Assembly (NCBI GenBank): GCA_951406725.2
Contig: OX597826.1
Coordinates: 7,688,001 to 7,752,000, forward strand
DNA from: Octopus vulgaris
Lineage: Eukaryota
Length of the DNA: 64,000 nucleotides
Direction: 5' to 3'
Shown here: in pieces, positions 37,596-52,935 of the stretch
Layout of the letters: each line of letters opens with the position of its first letter
Position numbering within the stretch: the first letter of the stretch is position 1
Program-made: the position numbers and the translations under genes
Notes under the pieces: generated by a model
What the model was told of the DNA's origin: nothing
Database searches by the model: none
The model's input: only the letters and a program-made list of their open reading frames with translations

Positions 37596-38075
37596 CAAAA
37601 AATATATTCTTAATAATGACACAAAACACGCAAAACTAAAAGGTTATCTCATATACAAACATTATAACAGAAACCATATTTTACACATTCATCGTATACT
37701 TCAGTATAAATAAATTTTTATTCATTGAGATAATTATTTATAATGTTCTGAATGATATTATTACCATCATATAATTCGTAGACTTTGTGGCATATTTTAA
37801 TGTAAAACCAAATTGTTCATTTGTTCGTTGCACATTTACCTATCAGCAGCTCTTCGTTTTCCCTACTTATTGATAAAAATAGGTGCTGGTCAGTTTTTAG
37901 GATTTTTTAAACTGAAAGAATTAGAATAATTATTTCGTTGTTGCCCACAAGGGGCTAAACATAGAGAGGACAAACAAGGACAGACGAAGGGATTAAGTCA
38001 AATACATCGACCCCAGGGTGCAGTTGGTATTCATTTAATTGATCCCGAAGGAATGAAAGGTAATGTTGACCTCGG

Positions 38076-38820
38076 CTCTGCTATACCACTGTGGAAGATA
38101 TCACCCACATCATCAACAGTTGCTCAAAATGTCTACGAGATACTACCTTCCTCTGAGGCATGATATTGTTGCAAGGACCATTTACAATGCTATCCACTGG
38201 AAGGACTGCCCTGACATATATATGAAATGCATATGGGAACCAGCAGGTATTCTTAGCGATATTCCCTCTGCCTTTACGTTCTGAGTTCAAACTCCCTCGA
38301 GGTCGAATTTGCCTTTCATCCTTTCAAACTGAAAGGCTTAATTATTCACAAAATTACAAACAAAGAATAATGGTGGAACAGCGCATTAGAAACATCAGTT
38401 CGGTGCAAACATAACAGACGTGATTTTGTTCTGTGGAACAGGGAACAAAATCATGCGCTGTTGTTGAAGTCAGCTGATCAGCAAATGTGAAAGTACAATC
38501 AAAAATCCAGGGAAGAAAGAACATAAATGACGAATTAATGTGGAACTTACAAGACTTGTACCTTGTCTCTGAATTCTCAATAGGTACAACAGGTTTATGT
38601 ACCGACAAATTTACACAGAACCATAGGAGAATTCGGAATCACGGAGAAAGAGCAAAGAAACTGAAGTGGATTCTCCAAATGAAATCTATTAATTGCGAAG
38701 TGATAATTGGTAATGATATTCCAAAGATTCTTTATTTGAGATCCTTATGTGAAAAAATACATACGCTTAGGTACATGCATCGACAGTTAAATCGAACCAC
38801 CAACTCAATCATTTATTTAC
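38076..38820 (+). mobile_element. R4/Dong-clade LINE 3' fragment (zinc knuckle plus RLE), with S3 fragments at ~37930-38075 and ~38240-38330
   Basis: LCYTTVEDITHIINSCS / KMSTRYYLPLRHDIVARTIYNAI / KE*WWN...CKHNRRD...SCAVVEVS; frameshifted. Confidence 0.85.
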
Positions 38821-40129
38821 AGAAACCAGCAAATCTCTTAGAAAAGAAGTATTGTCACTCTGTTAGCGACCGGCTTCAACTGTCTGAAGAACTTAAATAA
38901 AACTCAAAGGAAAATCATACATACATATATTCATACATACATACATTGTTTAATAACAGTTTGATTTGAGTTCATGCAACTTAGAGATTTGTGGGCTTCT
39001 AAAAAAAATAGAGAGACAGTCGGACAGATAGACAGACAGACACAGACAGATAGATAGATAAATAGATAAATAGATGAATACCTATATATGAAAATAAATA
39101 TATCGATGTTTGTATAAGCGTATATATATATATGTGTGTGTATATGGATATATATATATATAGATCGTACATATTTTGTTGTCTGAGGGGAGTCACAACA
39201 GGCAGAGAATTTCTTTCAACACAGGAATTCCCATGACGAATCATGCAAACCAGTTATATACATATACATGCATATGCATATACATCTATATATATATATA
39301 TATATATAAATATATATATACACACATATATATATGTATGTATATATGCAAATATATATTTATACGTATACATATATATGTATATACCTATAAATATATA
39401 TATATATATACACATATGCAAGTCTCTCTCTTCCTTTCTCTCTCTGTCTCTCCATGTATGTATGTATGGATATATATATATATATACACACATATACATA
39501 TATGTGTGTGTGTGCGTGTGGGTGGGTGGGTGTTTGTGTGTGCGTGTGTGTGGGTGTGTGTGTGTATGTGTGTGTGTGTGTTTGAAGATTTAAATATTTT
39601 ACGGACAGAAATACCTTCATAAATATTTGCTGAAGTAGGAAAGAAAGAGCGAACTGCAAAGCGACGACAGGAAGTATTTGCCTGTCAACTGCTCGACGGA
39701 TAACTTATCTCAAAACATAACAACAAAGGTGAGAAAGAGGGTTAGATGAAGGAGAACAAGGTTACAGAGAAAAAAGATGAATAATTGGAATACGTATGCA
39801 ATTTTTGGTAAAGGTCATACTTTCAATTAAAAGTGCTTCTGAAAATTGGCATTCATATATTTTTTTTTCAAAGTTAGTAATTATTAATTAATAAAACTGA
39901 ACTGATGGTAAATATGATATAATGTCATCTGTTTTTATGGTATAAAGTTAAGGTTAGGTGTCAGTTTTTAGAACAAGTTAATGATTTTAATAATGCTAAG
40001 TTTGAGAAATCGTTAAGTTTTTATCTAAAGGATTGTTGGTAGATGAAGGGAATATAAATTTATTTGTTTATATATTGTTATTTTTTGTTTTTAAATATAA
40101 GCACCATTAACATGTGCCACTTGGTACTA

Positions 40130-40393
40130 AATTCTTTTATCTGGGTAGCACTGTGGTCATGCTGGAGCAGAGAATGGAACGGTTTAATCGAGCAAATCAC
40201 ACGCGAATTTTTTTTTTTTTGAAGCCTGGTGTTTATTCAATCGCCAGAATAAACTGTTAGATTATTGGGACGCAAACAAACCACCACTGGTTGTCAAGCT
40301 GTGATGGAGGATAAACACTCATGCAACGCACACATGTATACATGTATCTATATATATATACATATATATATATATATGTACTCACACACATAT

Positions 40394-40477
<84 letters not shown>

Positions 40478-40762
40478 GTTAAAAAAATACACAAACTGAG
40501 ACAAGAACGTGAAACACTCAGAAGACAACAAAAAAAAACATAGACGGGACTTTCGAAGCTCTCAGTCATCAGTCAAGAACCAGATCATCTTCGCATATAT
40601 ATAAATATATATATATATACGGCAAGCTCCTTTTAAGTTTCTGTCTGGTAAATCCACTCGCACAGCTTTAATCGGCTCGTGGCTGTAGCACAAGTCACTT
40701 GCCCATACAGTGGAACTGAACGCAGAACCACGTGATTCAAAAGCACACAGTCTCGCTTGCAC
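40130..40762 (-). mobile_element. Decayed S2 SINE carrying a pLTR-like insert (~40471-40595) in its microsatellite
   Basis: S2 3' half ~40130-40320 and 5' half ~40618-40762; insert has minus-strand CTGATGA..GAAAGTC. Confidence 0.7.
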
Positions 40763-41448
40763 CTACAGAAAAGAAATGGTGCTTTTGTACTGCTTATACC
40801 AATGCTTTTACTGCTATAATATTTTTGGTTGTCCTTAGACAGCGATAATAAAAACAGAAATTTCGTAGTTGCTTAATTGAATATAATGTAAAAGATTGCC
40901 GCTTAAAATGTTAAGTTCTCTAATAATTGACTAAAAAATTCGGTCAAAGAAATATAAATGTACTCTTAAGATATAATCATTAGTTTCACACTATATACGT
41001 TTTAGCGTAAGATATTTGTGTCCGGGCAAATGTTATATATTTTTAGGTAAACAAATTAGAGACGCTAGATTTATAGTCGCCTGCTAGAAAAGACAAACAA
41101 GGAATATATTTATTAATAAACTAGTACCTTTATATGCTCTGAACTGCATATACAGATATTGTAATCTTCTGTCTATGCATATACTAAGAGCGAGTTTACG
41201 TCAAGCGATGTTTGGAGTAAGAGTCATGCCTCAAAACTAATGGAAGAAATGTTAATATTTACGAAGTGAAATAAAAAAAAAAGGAATAACGGTAAGCATA
41301 AGAAGTGAGAGAAGATTGGAAAGGAATAGAATAAATTGGAAAGGAATGTGAAGAAACCGAAAGTAGGAAAACCCATAAACATGGATATAGTGATGCAGAT
41401 AAACACGATTAAATTTTGTATTCATAAACATATATATACACATATAGA

Positions 41449-41488
<40 letters not shown>

Positions 41489-41779
41489 TATGCATATAGA
41501 CACAAAAGCTAAATATATTCTGTAGTAAAAACAAATGTGTACAAGCATGTAAATATCTATATATATCTACAAATAAATTTACTTTTACATTGAGTATTAA
41601 AAAAATAAAGACGAAGGGGTAAATGCATAGTCTTTTTAAGTCAACAGCTGTTTCTGGGAGCTCAAACTTATATAATAATTTTAATGTTCATAATTAGCAG
41701 ATACAAAGTGCAAAAGGTCATGGATGTGCAAGCCGATGATTGACGCATAAAGACATTACGGTAACACAGACCTCATTCG

Positions 41780-41816
<37 letters not shown>

Positions 41817-44154
41817 ATACATATCTGTGTATGTGTGTGTGTATCAAGCGTAAATGTGTATATTTCAATCACTTTCTCTTCATCAGCTCGCCTGGCTTTC
41901 TTTTATAGCCACTTTTCACTCTCCATGGATCTAGTCCGTCGATAAAAACCGTTTGAGCGCCCGTAATGTATTTGCTATATGGAGTACCTCTACATCTCAC
42001 AAATTGGCTGAAACCTATAAGTATGCATATATGTGTGTATGATGTATGTATATGTGTGTGTGTGAGTGAGTGAATGTGCATGTGTATGTGTGTATGTGTG
42101 TGTGTTTCTGTGTGTGTATGTGTGTATTTGAGTGTGTAAAGAGATCCACATACCATGAGAAAATATCAGCATTTTTCGCTAACTAAAATGAAGTCTGTCT
42201 AATTTGTAACAATTAAGATTAAGTCGCCGAAATAGCAAAAACGTAAACATTATTATGGGATATAAGCTATGTCAAATATGGAAGCATTGTTATGACGGGC
42301 TACGGGGCGCACTTCTAAAATCTGTCTTACAAAGAGGTCTGAGAAGCATCGACAAGGTTTTTCTAGTACACAGTAAGGCCCAACAAAATTAATTTAATCT
42401 AGTAAATAATTACATGAAGTGAGACTTAGGTCGATATAGATCGTTAATGTTTATGATGAAGGGGTGGGTGTTGCTCTAGGGACATACCTAGATAAAAAGG
42501 TACGAGATCAGGTGTCGGTTGGGATGAAAGAACCGCGGATGAGAAATTCAGAAAGATTGAAGACATATCTGGAGAAAGGAATAGAGTGTTCGGTTATTAG
42601 CATTTCAACACTATCACAATTAATACGAACACCACCAGAATACCAGAATAACTAGAGTCACCGCAAACTACCAACTGCTAAATATGTCGTTTCTCACTCA
42701 TTACCGCAAGTTTAGAAATAATAACACTCGTAAAACGGGCGGCAATAATAACATCATAACGACATCACTGGCGGCACCAATACGATCGCTACATCAACGC
42801 CATCAATAACCTCACCATCACCAGCAACAACAACAACACCGATACATGCACCGACTATACAATTCCAAACGTTGAAAAGATACAGTTGACATTTCCAAAA
42901 ATAATATTTACACAAATTCTACAGATATAGAACTTCAATATAACGCAACAAGAATCGATCTCTTGTTTATCTCAGCGTATATTGTAGGTTTCCATTCATT
43001 TCCTTACAACAATGTCATCTTTGGAAAGAAATGTATACGTTATGAATATTTACATATGAATGAATTTATATGTATATATATATATATGTGTGTATATATG
43101 TATGCGTGTGTATGTATATATATATGTATATATATATATGTGCATAAATGTATGTGTGTGTACATGTGTGTATACTATACAAATAAATAAATATATATAT
43201 ATATACATACATAGGCGTGTATGTGATAATGACTAAATGCATATACGTGTGTGTTTGCATGTAAGAGAGTGTGTGCATGCATGGACGTATAGGTTTGCAA
43301 ATATGAGTGTATATATGTATGCATATTAATGCGTATATATACGAGCACACACACACACAACCACAGACACACACACATATATATATATATACACACCGAC
43401 ACATACACATATATATATACATATACACACACACACATATATATATATACATATACTTATATACTTTCTATCATCTACATATACATACCAGTTTGTAGGC
43501 GTATATACGTTATATACATACATATGTAAACGCATACACATACACAAATATAAGTATATGTGTATGTGTGCGTATACATATATACAGATACACACACACA
43601 CATGCATACATACATAGATAGAACCATACATACACACACAGAAACATATCAATGTGTGTATTTGTATGCACTTTTACATTTGTATTCATTTCCTCTTCAT
43701 ATTCATAATATGAACATTTCGGCCAACGGACAATTGAATAGTTTGTTGCATGAGCGAACGCAGCTATCAGTGTTTGTACGCTAGCGTGCGTACGCGTGCA
43801 TCTGTGTGTGGAACGCGTCTGATATGAACGAACGCATGCGTGTTGATACGTACGCGCAACTTTGTGAACGCTTGTGTACGGTGGATTTCACTGCTTATGT
43901 CAATGAGTATGCGTTAAGAGACATCTTTAAAGGCAAGTTATTCTTATTAAACAAATCAAGTTAAGCTTCGTGGAAGGGGTGAGTACAAATGACCAAAGGC
44001 CATCGAAAACAACATACAATTGCACATTGCTATACCAACTGCAGTTTCTCTCTTTTTATCCTTCAGGTGATGTCTATTAATCTTTTCCACCGACTTGGTA
44101 ATAAATAATGAAAATTGATCTTAACTCATTCTCAATTTCCCTCGCCCCATCCGT

Positions 44155-45072
<918 letters not shown>

Positions 45073-45850
45073 GTGAATGATAATAAGAGAGTAAAAGCAA
45101 GTTATATGGATGTTTCTCTTCACATCTGTCATGTCAACTGAGATATCCAGTAATATTTCCGAATATTCTTGCATCATAGATACTCCCTCAGGTGTTACTA
45201 TCCAATTATCAACCTTGATATTCAACCAATCATCCCACTTCTACTATTTCTACAGTCTTCTCATGCGCCAGGGCTAATTATTTAAGGAATATTTCGTAAT
45301 GAAATTCTTTCGATTACGTCATCAGTCATGGAGTCACACTTCCTGTTATTGGTTGTTGGTGTTGGACAAACAGATTCTTACACGTTGGGGGCAAAATCTA
45401 CTTCCTGCAAGCGGCTGGATCTTCGTCTGTTCCACAATCTCTTCCTCCTTCTCCTAATCCGAATTCTCACACGCACATACATTCCACCAACCTCTTCCTC
45501 ATCTTTCTCGTTCCCCACCTCTCTCTTCTCTAATTAATTCTTGTGGCAGCCCTCTATATACCTGTGTTCTGTTATTTCTTTTATTTTCCCCTTGTTTTGT
45601 ATATTTTCCTAATCCTTCATATTGTTATTATGTATGTTTTCATGTTCACATCTCTCTCTCTCCTTCTCTTTCACTCTCCTTCTCTCTCTCTCTCTATTTC
45701 TCACACACACACACACACACATTCTATCTCTCCTTTATTCCCATTTTACCTTTTTGTATCTCTTTGTACCAGAGATACAATCTCATACGAACAACTGCCT
45801 GTCAGTATTTCTTTCTATCAAATGTTATCTATCAATCAATCTATCTATCT

Positions 45851-45902
<52 letters not shown>

Positions 45903-46047
45903 ACGACTTGTCAGTGAACAGGTCGCGGTTTATATATATAAATGTTGAGTGAATCAATAAATGGCTTATAAACATATATTGTTTTCGTTTACGATCTCAC
46001 ATCAAAACTTGTATATATACACATACGTATGAATGTATATATACATG

Positions 46048-46092
<45 letters not shown>

Positions 46093-46493
46093 CATACACA
46101 TATATATGTATTTGCACACACACTCACATATATATATATATGTATGTATTGCTGTATGTATGTATGTATGTATGTATATATGTATATATGAAGTTCAATA
46201 AGAAGTGTAAAGGTGTTTTCTCAATTCTTTTTTTAATGTTACGAAATCTTTCATGAGGACGTTACTAACTTTTTTCGGGGAAAACTTTTTTCTAGTGTTT
46301 TAGTGTTTTCCTATAACGTTTTCAAAGATATTTGTTTACACACACACACACACACACACACGAACATATATATATAGGTTAGCTGAGTTAGAGGTTAGAC
46401 TAACCGTCTAAGGGATATAAGCATCCATTACACTACCGGTATATTACTTATGTTTAACCATGGACATACATACATACATATATGTATATATAT

Positions 46494-46547
<54 letters not shown>

Positions 46548-47544
46548 ATGTATATGTATGTATATATGTATATATATATATTGTATATATACACATATAT
46601 ATGTATATGCATATACCATCTATGCTAGAAATAAGAGCCAGCTCTCCAAACCCACTGTAAACAAAACACGCAAGTTAATGTAGCGAATATTAGAATAAAA
46701 AACAGCCCTTTGCCTTTGTAAACCGCAGAAACAGTACAGTCGTATCAGAATCAATTGATTACACCATTAGTGTGGTACACTTGGAATCATCAGCTGAACT
46801 GTTTATCACTATTTTCTCAAAGTATAAACACTCCATTAGCAAAGGGAAATGGCTGGTTTTTTTTTAATATTCGCTATATTGACCGTGCATGGTTTATTTA
46901 TAGTGAGAAATGTGTGGCTTTGAATAGGTAACTGTCCCTTCTAGCATAACTGGTATTATTTTATACCCTAATCGTTATATATATATATATAGTCTTCTTA
47001 TATATATTCAAATTCTGCCAGGGTCGATTTTGCCTTTCTATATATATATATAGTCTTCTTCATGTGGTAATAATATTAAAGTGGAATAAATTATATTTAC
47101 ATCTGTACGTTAAAATACATACTACGCATTGTCCAATAGAATTTTACACCCACAAAAAACAAATAAAGAAAGCTACTCAACAGATCACCAAAATGTCGGA
47201 GTTACACCAAGGATTCAACTCAAAGTATACTTACGATGTTTTCTCTTTATATATACAATGTATGGAAGGCCGAAATAATCTTGGTATGGTCAGTAAATAT
47301 AAAAAAGCTAAAGATTTAACCTTTATTTGTATCACTAAAGCTGCAAGTATGGTTATATTATCTAAATTTCAATTTAACTCTAATGTAAATGTATTCATTT
47401 ACAAGTGCATGTATGGGACATTTATATACTACATTGTTACTGCGGCAATAGCTGTTTAGTCGACATCGGGATTTTATTACTACAATTACAGCTATTATTA
47501 ACTTGATTAGATAAGATAGAGTCATCAGTCTCAGTTGGGTTAAG

Positions 47545-47735
47545 ATGCGTGTTTGTGTTTGTCTCCACACACCGCTTGACAACCGGTGTACAATTGTTTA
47601 CGTAGAATTGTTTACGTAACTTAGCGTTTTGGCAACAGAGATTAATAGAATAAGCATTGAAGTCGATTCTTGCGACTAAAAGGCTGTACCTCAGCATGGC
47701 CCCTGTTGAATGACTGACAGAAATAAGCGATAAAA
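47545..47735 (+). mobile_element. S2 SINE 3' half
   Basis: CCGCTTGACAACCGGTG..GTAACTTAGCG..CAGCATGGCC. Confidence 0.75.
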
Positions 47736-48443
47736 TGTAAAGGAACAGCGGTAGTTTTCACACTGCCTTGTAAGGTAGGAGGTCGGCAATGCCTGAACCG
47801 AAGTAGGATGAATTTAGTCAGGAACTAAAGTGCAAAATGGTTATACTAGCAGAAGAAGAGGAAGTGTGAGAGGAGACCACGAGTCTTTGAGCCAAGGAAT
47901 GTAAATGTAGAATGTACGTAACTGAGTAAACCAAATCAGGTGGGGCAGCGTTGGGTGCTCTTTTCTCGGTGCAATTTACAATAATTTTACGTACATTCAT
48001 GCGTGTGAGTGTATATTTTTTTTTGAGAAATAAAGAGAAAGGGAGACACAGGCAGTTGTGTGTGAGTGAATGTGTACGTGTTGTGTGTGTGTCTATGTCT
48101 GTTGTGTGTGCGAGTGAATGACAGAGAGAGAGAGTGTGTGTGTGTGTGTGGTGTGTGTGAGAAAGAGAGAGTGTGTGTGTGTGTGTACGCGCACCTCTGG
48201 TATGTGTGTATGTAGGCGTGCGTCTGCAGAACCACTTTCCCAGATATAAACCCGATAAGCAATCGTGGCCGAAATCGGAACAGCAAAGTACTAACAACAC
48301 GAGGTGAAATATCAATAAAAGAAGATAAATAGAGAGTGCATCCTGATTAGAAAATATATATCATTATGAATTTATATATATCTATACCTATCACTCACTC
48401 TCTCTCTCTCACACACACACATACACACACATTCACATATATG

Positions 48444-48477
<34 letters not shown>

Positions 48478-48489
48478 TGTATTTATGTA

Positions 48490-48552
<63 letters not shown>

Positions 48553-49085
48553 GCGGGATTCAAGAAAGGCCCTTTTGAGTGTCTGTGGATTATTAACCAA
48601 AAGGTCAACGATTCATATTTAATATAGGAACTTTTTATCTTGTTTTCCACGCCATAACCTAAATAATTCAACTATAAATAAGTACCTTTGCGTTACGGAT
48701 TACGAATGTAGACCAACAAAATACCGAATCATTAACAACAATGAAAGGACTGACCTAATTAATATCTACTGAATAAAATAACGGAACAGAAATATTAACT
48801 TATTTCTGTCATCTAAATTTTCTGAATGACTGATTTATCAACATCGCCGCAAGATCGATATTTCGACCTATTTATCGTATTTTTGTTCTATAATTCTATA
48901 TTGGCTGTCAAATGGTCGTATACTAGAAGGTTTGAGTCGAGAATATTTGTGACACTTTGGTGACGAGAGTATATGACTACTCAGTTCACTCTGATGATGT
49001 AGCAAATGTCCATGTTTTCCCAACACAATTGAATAGGTTTATGCTATTACAAGAAATATTTATTGATATTTTGCCAGATTTAATA

Positions 49086-49527
49086 CGGCGAGCTGGCAGT
49101 GTCGTTAGCATTCTGGGTAAAATGCTTAGCGGCACTTCGTCTGTCTTTATGTTCTGAGTTCAAATTCCGCTGAGGTCGAACTTGCATTTCAATGTCGATA
49201 AAATAGGTACCAGTTAAATAATGGTGTCGATGTAATCGACTTACTCCCCTCCCCCGTACTTACTGGTTCTGTACCAAAATTTGAAACCATTAATATTGTG
49301 CCGGATTTAAGGCGGCGAGATTTCAGAATCGTTAGCACGCAGGGAAAAATAATTAGCGACATTTCGTTCGTTGCAACGTTCTGAGTTCAAATTCTGCCAG
49401 GGTCGATTTTGCCTTTCATCCATCGGGGTCGACAAAACGAGTACCAGTTGAGAACTGAAGTCGATGGAATCGACCATCTCATCACCCCAGACCTTGTGCC
49501 TGTAGCAGAAGTGATTATTATTACTTT

Positions 49528-49598
<71 letters not shown>

Positions 49599-49970
49599 AG
49601 GTGGTGTACTGGCAAAATCGTAACCCGCTAGGCAGAATGCTTTACACCACTTCGTCTGTCTTTTAAGTTCTGAGTTTCAAGTTTCACCGAGGTCGAGTTT
49701 GCCTTCCATCCTTTCGGGGGTCGATGTAATAAGTTCTAACTGAGCGGTATGGGTCGATGTAATAGACGTCCTCTGCTCCCGCGAAATTGCTGGTCTTGTG
49801 TCAAAATTTAAAATCAATATTGTGTCGGAGTTAGGTACAAGGCAACCATTTTTTAGTTATGGGGGATGAAAGATGATGCAGTCTAATCGAAGACGTAAAA
49901 ACTGCTTCAATTTATTGACCGCGAAAGGATGAAAGGTAATATTGATCTTGGCATGATTTGAACTCATATA
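49086..49970. mobile_element. Cluster of four S3 SINEs (three plus, one minus)
   Basis: Heads at ~49086, 49310, 49599; inverted fragment ~49825-49970. Confidence 0.85.
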
Positions 49971-50341
49971 TCGTTTCTGACGCCAGAAATTTCGAGTGAG
50001 TGATCTATGATGTTACAATTTACACCGGTACTTCATTGCTTCTTAGCTTATCGCTTTCACTAAAGGGAAATAAACAAAGCAGCACCGGTTGCCTAGCAGT
50101 TGAGGAGGAGCACAAACACAAAGAGACACATGTACAGACAGTTTCCCTCAACGAAATTCACTCACAACGTAATGGGCGGTCCAGAGCTAAAGCGGGATAA
50201 GATGGCACCGAACTCGAAACCACCACATGGTTGCCAAGAGAGCTTCATCACCACACAGCCACGCCTGCACTCCTTTAAGAAATTAACATTAAAACAGACC
50301 TGAAACAATAGACAACAAGGTGTTCGATGTATTACTCGTCC

Positions 50342-50713
50342 TACGCATAAGGCAACGAAATGTTTAGTGGTATTTCGTCTGCCGCTACGTTCTGAGTTCA
50401 AATTCCGCCGAGGTGTACTTTGCCTTTCATCATTTCGGGGTCGATTAAATAAGTACGAGTTATGCACAGGGGTCGATGTAATCGATTTAATCCGTTTGTC
50501 TGTCCTTGTTTGTCTTCTCTGTGTTTAGCCCCTTGTGGGTAGTAAAGAAATAGGTATGTCTGTCTTTACGTTCTGAGTTCAAATTCCGCCGAGGTCGACT
50601 TTGCCTTTCATCCTTTCGGGGTCAATGAATTCAGTACCAGTTGCGTACAGAGGTTGATCTAATCGATGGCCCCCTCCCCAAAAATTTCGGGCCTTGTGGC
50701 TAGCGTAGAAAAG
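50342..50713 (+). mobile_element. Dimeric/nested S3 SINE (tail A unit plus tail B unit) within one 11-bp TSD
   Basis: ATTACTCGTCC at 50331-50341 and 50714-50724; junction AAAGAAATAG|GTATGTC at ~50553. Confidence 0.88.
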
Positions 50714-51174
50714 ATTACTCGTCCGACGCCAAAATCCGATACCATTGACGTCCATTCTCACTGCCTAAAACACTGGATTCAGTTTATTTGAAACTAACCC
50801 TTCTCTGCAACACATTGTTTATATCTTACACCATCTAAAGACAAGAACCATATAAATGTTTGGCACTTATAAAAATGAGGTTGGTAGAATTGCTACAGTG
50901 ACACACGAAAATCACTCGCGGTATTTACTTTCATCTATAAAATTTCCGAATTCAAAACTGACCAGTGTTCAACAACATATTATTATATGTATCCTGTATC
51001 TAATACAATATTAGATACTTGCATATAGTTTGTATTTCCGGCTTGTATATTGTTTAACAACTAATATTTTATATGTTGTAAAATATAATTTGAGTAAAGC
51101 ACTTACCTGGTTTGTGATATCCACCTATGCTAAATATTTAGAACTATTGCTTGTATATGCGACGACGACGATGG

Positions 51175-51208
<34 letters not shown>

Positions 51209-51386
51209 AAATGACAAAGCGTAACGCAACATAAGTACCAGTAAATAACTGGGTTTTAACCTCTTCCAGCATTTGCAACCGATTACACGTGTTAGAGGTA
51301 CGTGATTATTTTGCTCTGTATGAGCAAAGCAATCGTAGTACTTGTGTTACAATATAAGATTATTCCAGCTGAGAAACTGAGATTTG

Positions 51387-51465
<79 letters not shown>

Positions 51466-52062
51466 GTACGTATGTATCTATGTATGCATGTATCGAAAAG
51501 TATGAAATACCTTTGACCTCAAATTCGTTTACAAGACAAGCAAGAAGAGAGTTAGTTCTGAACCAATGGTTCTACTCTCTCATTTAGCGACATTGAATCA
51601 ATAATCAGATTGTTGTTTCCCGATTTCTGCTCCTTTTCCTCTATAATGTCACAGATACTTTTGGGAAATGCAATTTTCATTCCATTCGACAATGAGTCTG
51701 AGAAATTGGCTATTTCTACCAAATAGAATATATATATAGAGAGACATCTGATTTTATCCAAACAACGAGCTTCGATAACTATCAAAGTGTGGGTGAGTAA
51801 ATATGAATATATGTGAGTTTGTGTATATGTGAGTGTGTGTGCGTGTGAGGGAGACAGACAGAGAGAGAGAGATAGAGAGAGAGAGAGAGTGTGTGTGTGT
51901 GTGTGTGTGTGTGTACGTGACATTATCGATATGTATCAGCACAAATTAGTCAGATTATGTAAATAGCGATAGACGGGTCAAATTTTAGTGTTGGTCATGT
52001 TATTAATGACGCTACCACACCCTTCCAAGCATAAACACCTCCACTACTACTACTACTACTAC

Positions 52063-52140
<78 letters not shown>

Positions 52141-52182
52141 TGATAATAATAATAATAATAATACTGCTGCTACTACAACTAA

Positions 52183-52217
<35 letters not shown>

Positions 52218-52370
52218 GTATTTCGCACATCGCTACGTTCTGAGTTCAAATTCCACAGAGGTTGACTTTGCCTTTCATCCTTTCGCGGTCCGTAAATTAA
52301 GTACCAGTGCAATACCGGGGTCGATGTAATCGACTCCTCCCCTAAGCTGCCCTTGTGGCAAAAATTTTGA

Positions 52371-52420
<50 letters not shown>

Positions 52421-52595
52421 GTCTGTGTGTTTAAGAAGCTCACTTGGAACCATTTGAGCAAGTGTCTTCTACTATAGCCCCGGACTAACCAAAGCCTTGT
52501 GAGTGAATGCGATTGAGAGGAGCTGTACTGAAGCCCGATGCATATACATACGTGTGTGTGTGTCTTTGTAATTGTGTTTGTTCCTCCATCGCTTG
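52218..52595 (+). mobile_element. Truncated S3 copy followed by a decayed S2 5' half
   Basis: Family motifs. Confidence 0.75.
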
Positions 52596-52644
52596 TATAG
52601 AATCATATTCTTTTTTCTTTCTTTTTTTTTTGGCGGGGGGAGGA

Positions 52645-52935
52645 AACCCGGCTCTCCGATGGTTACCACGACAAGGATTCTATATGATGCTATCATCAGA
52701 AAGACATACTCGTGAAATTAACATGCAAGTGGTTGAGTACACCACAGGAAGTTTCGACGTGACACAGAATGTGGGTCGGCTGACCTATTGAATTACAGAT
52801 AGTGTTTGTTTCTGCCAGATGTAAAGACGGGCAAAACGTGAAATAAATATCTTGCTCAAAGACCCAACGCGCCCCTAAATATCGAACCCACGAGCTCACG
52901 ATCGCGAGCGGATAATTCAAACCACAAAGCTACCA
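52645..52935 (-). mobile_element. Old SINE with an S4-like head and tail 4
   Basis: Minus strand GGGTTCGATAT..TTGAGCAAGATATTTATTTCACGTT; tail CAACCACTTGCATGTTAATTTCACGAG matches ~19185-19212. Confidence 0.7.

Noticed and set aside
40540-40580. Minus-strand CTGATGA...GAAAGTC hammerhead-like string
   Set aside because: Stems I and III cannot be formed convincingly; treated only as a possible decayed relic.
41640-41680. GAAACAGCTGTT palindrome resembling a hammerhead stem III
   Set aside because: No matching CTGANGA core found nearby.
47064-47459. 131-codon non-repetitive ORF
   Set aside because: No recognisable domain, non-ATG start, AT-rich; one such ORF is plausible by chance in six frames of 64 kb.
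51552-51720. Protein-looking minus-strand frame (VEIANFSDSLSNGMK...)
   Set aside because: Weak acceptor and no recognisable homology; cannot be supported as an exon without RNA data.
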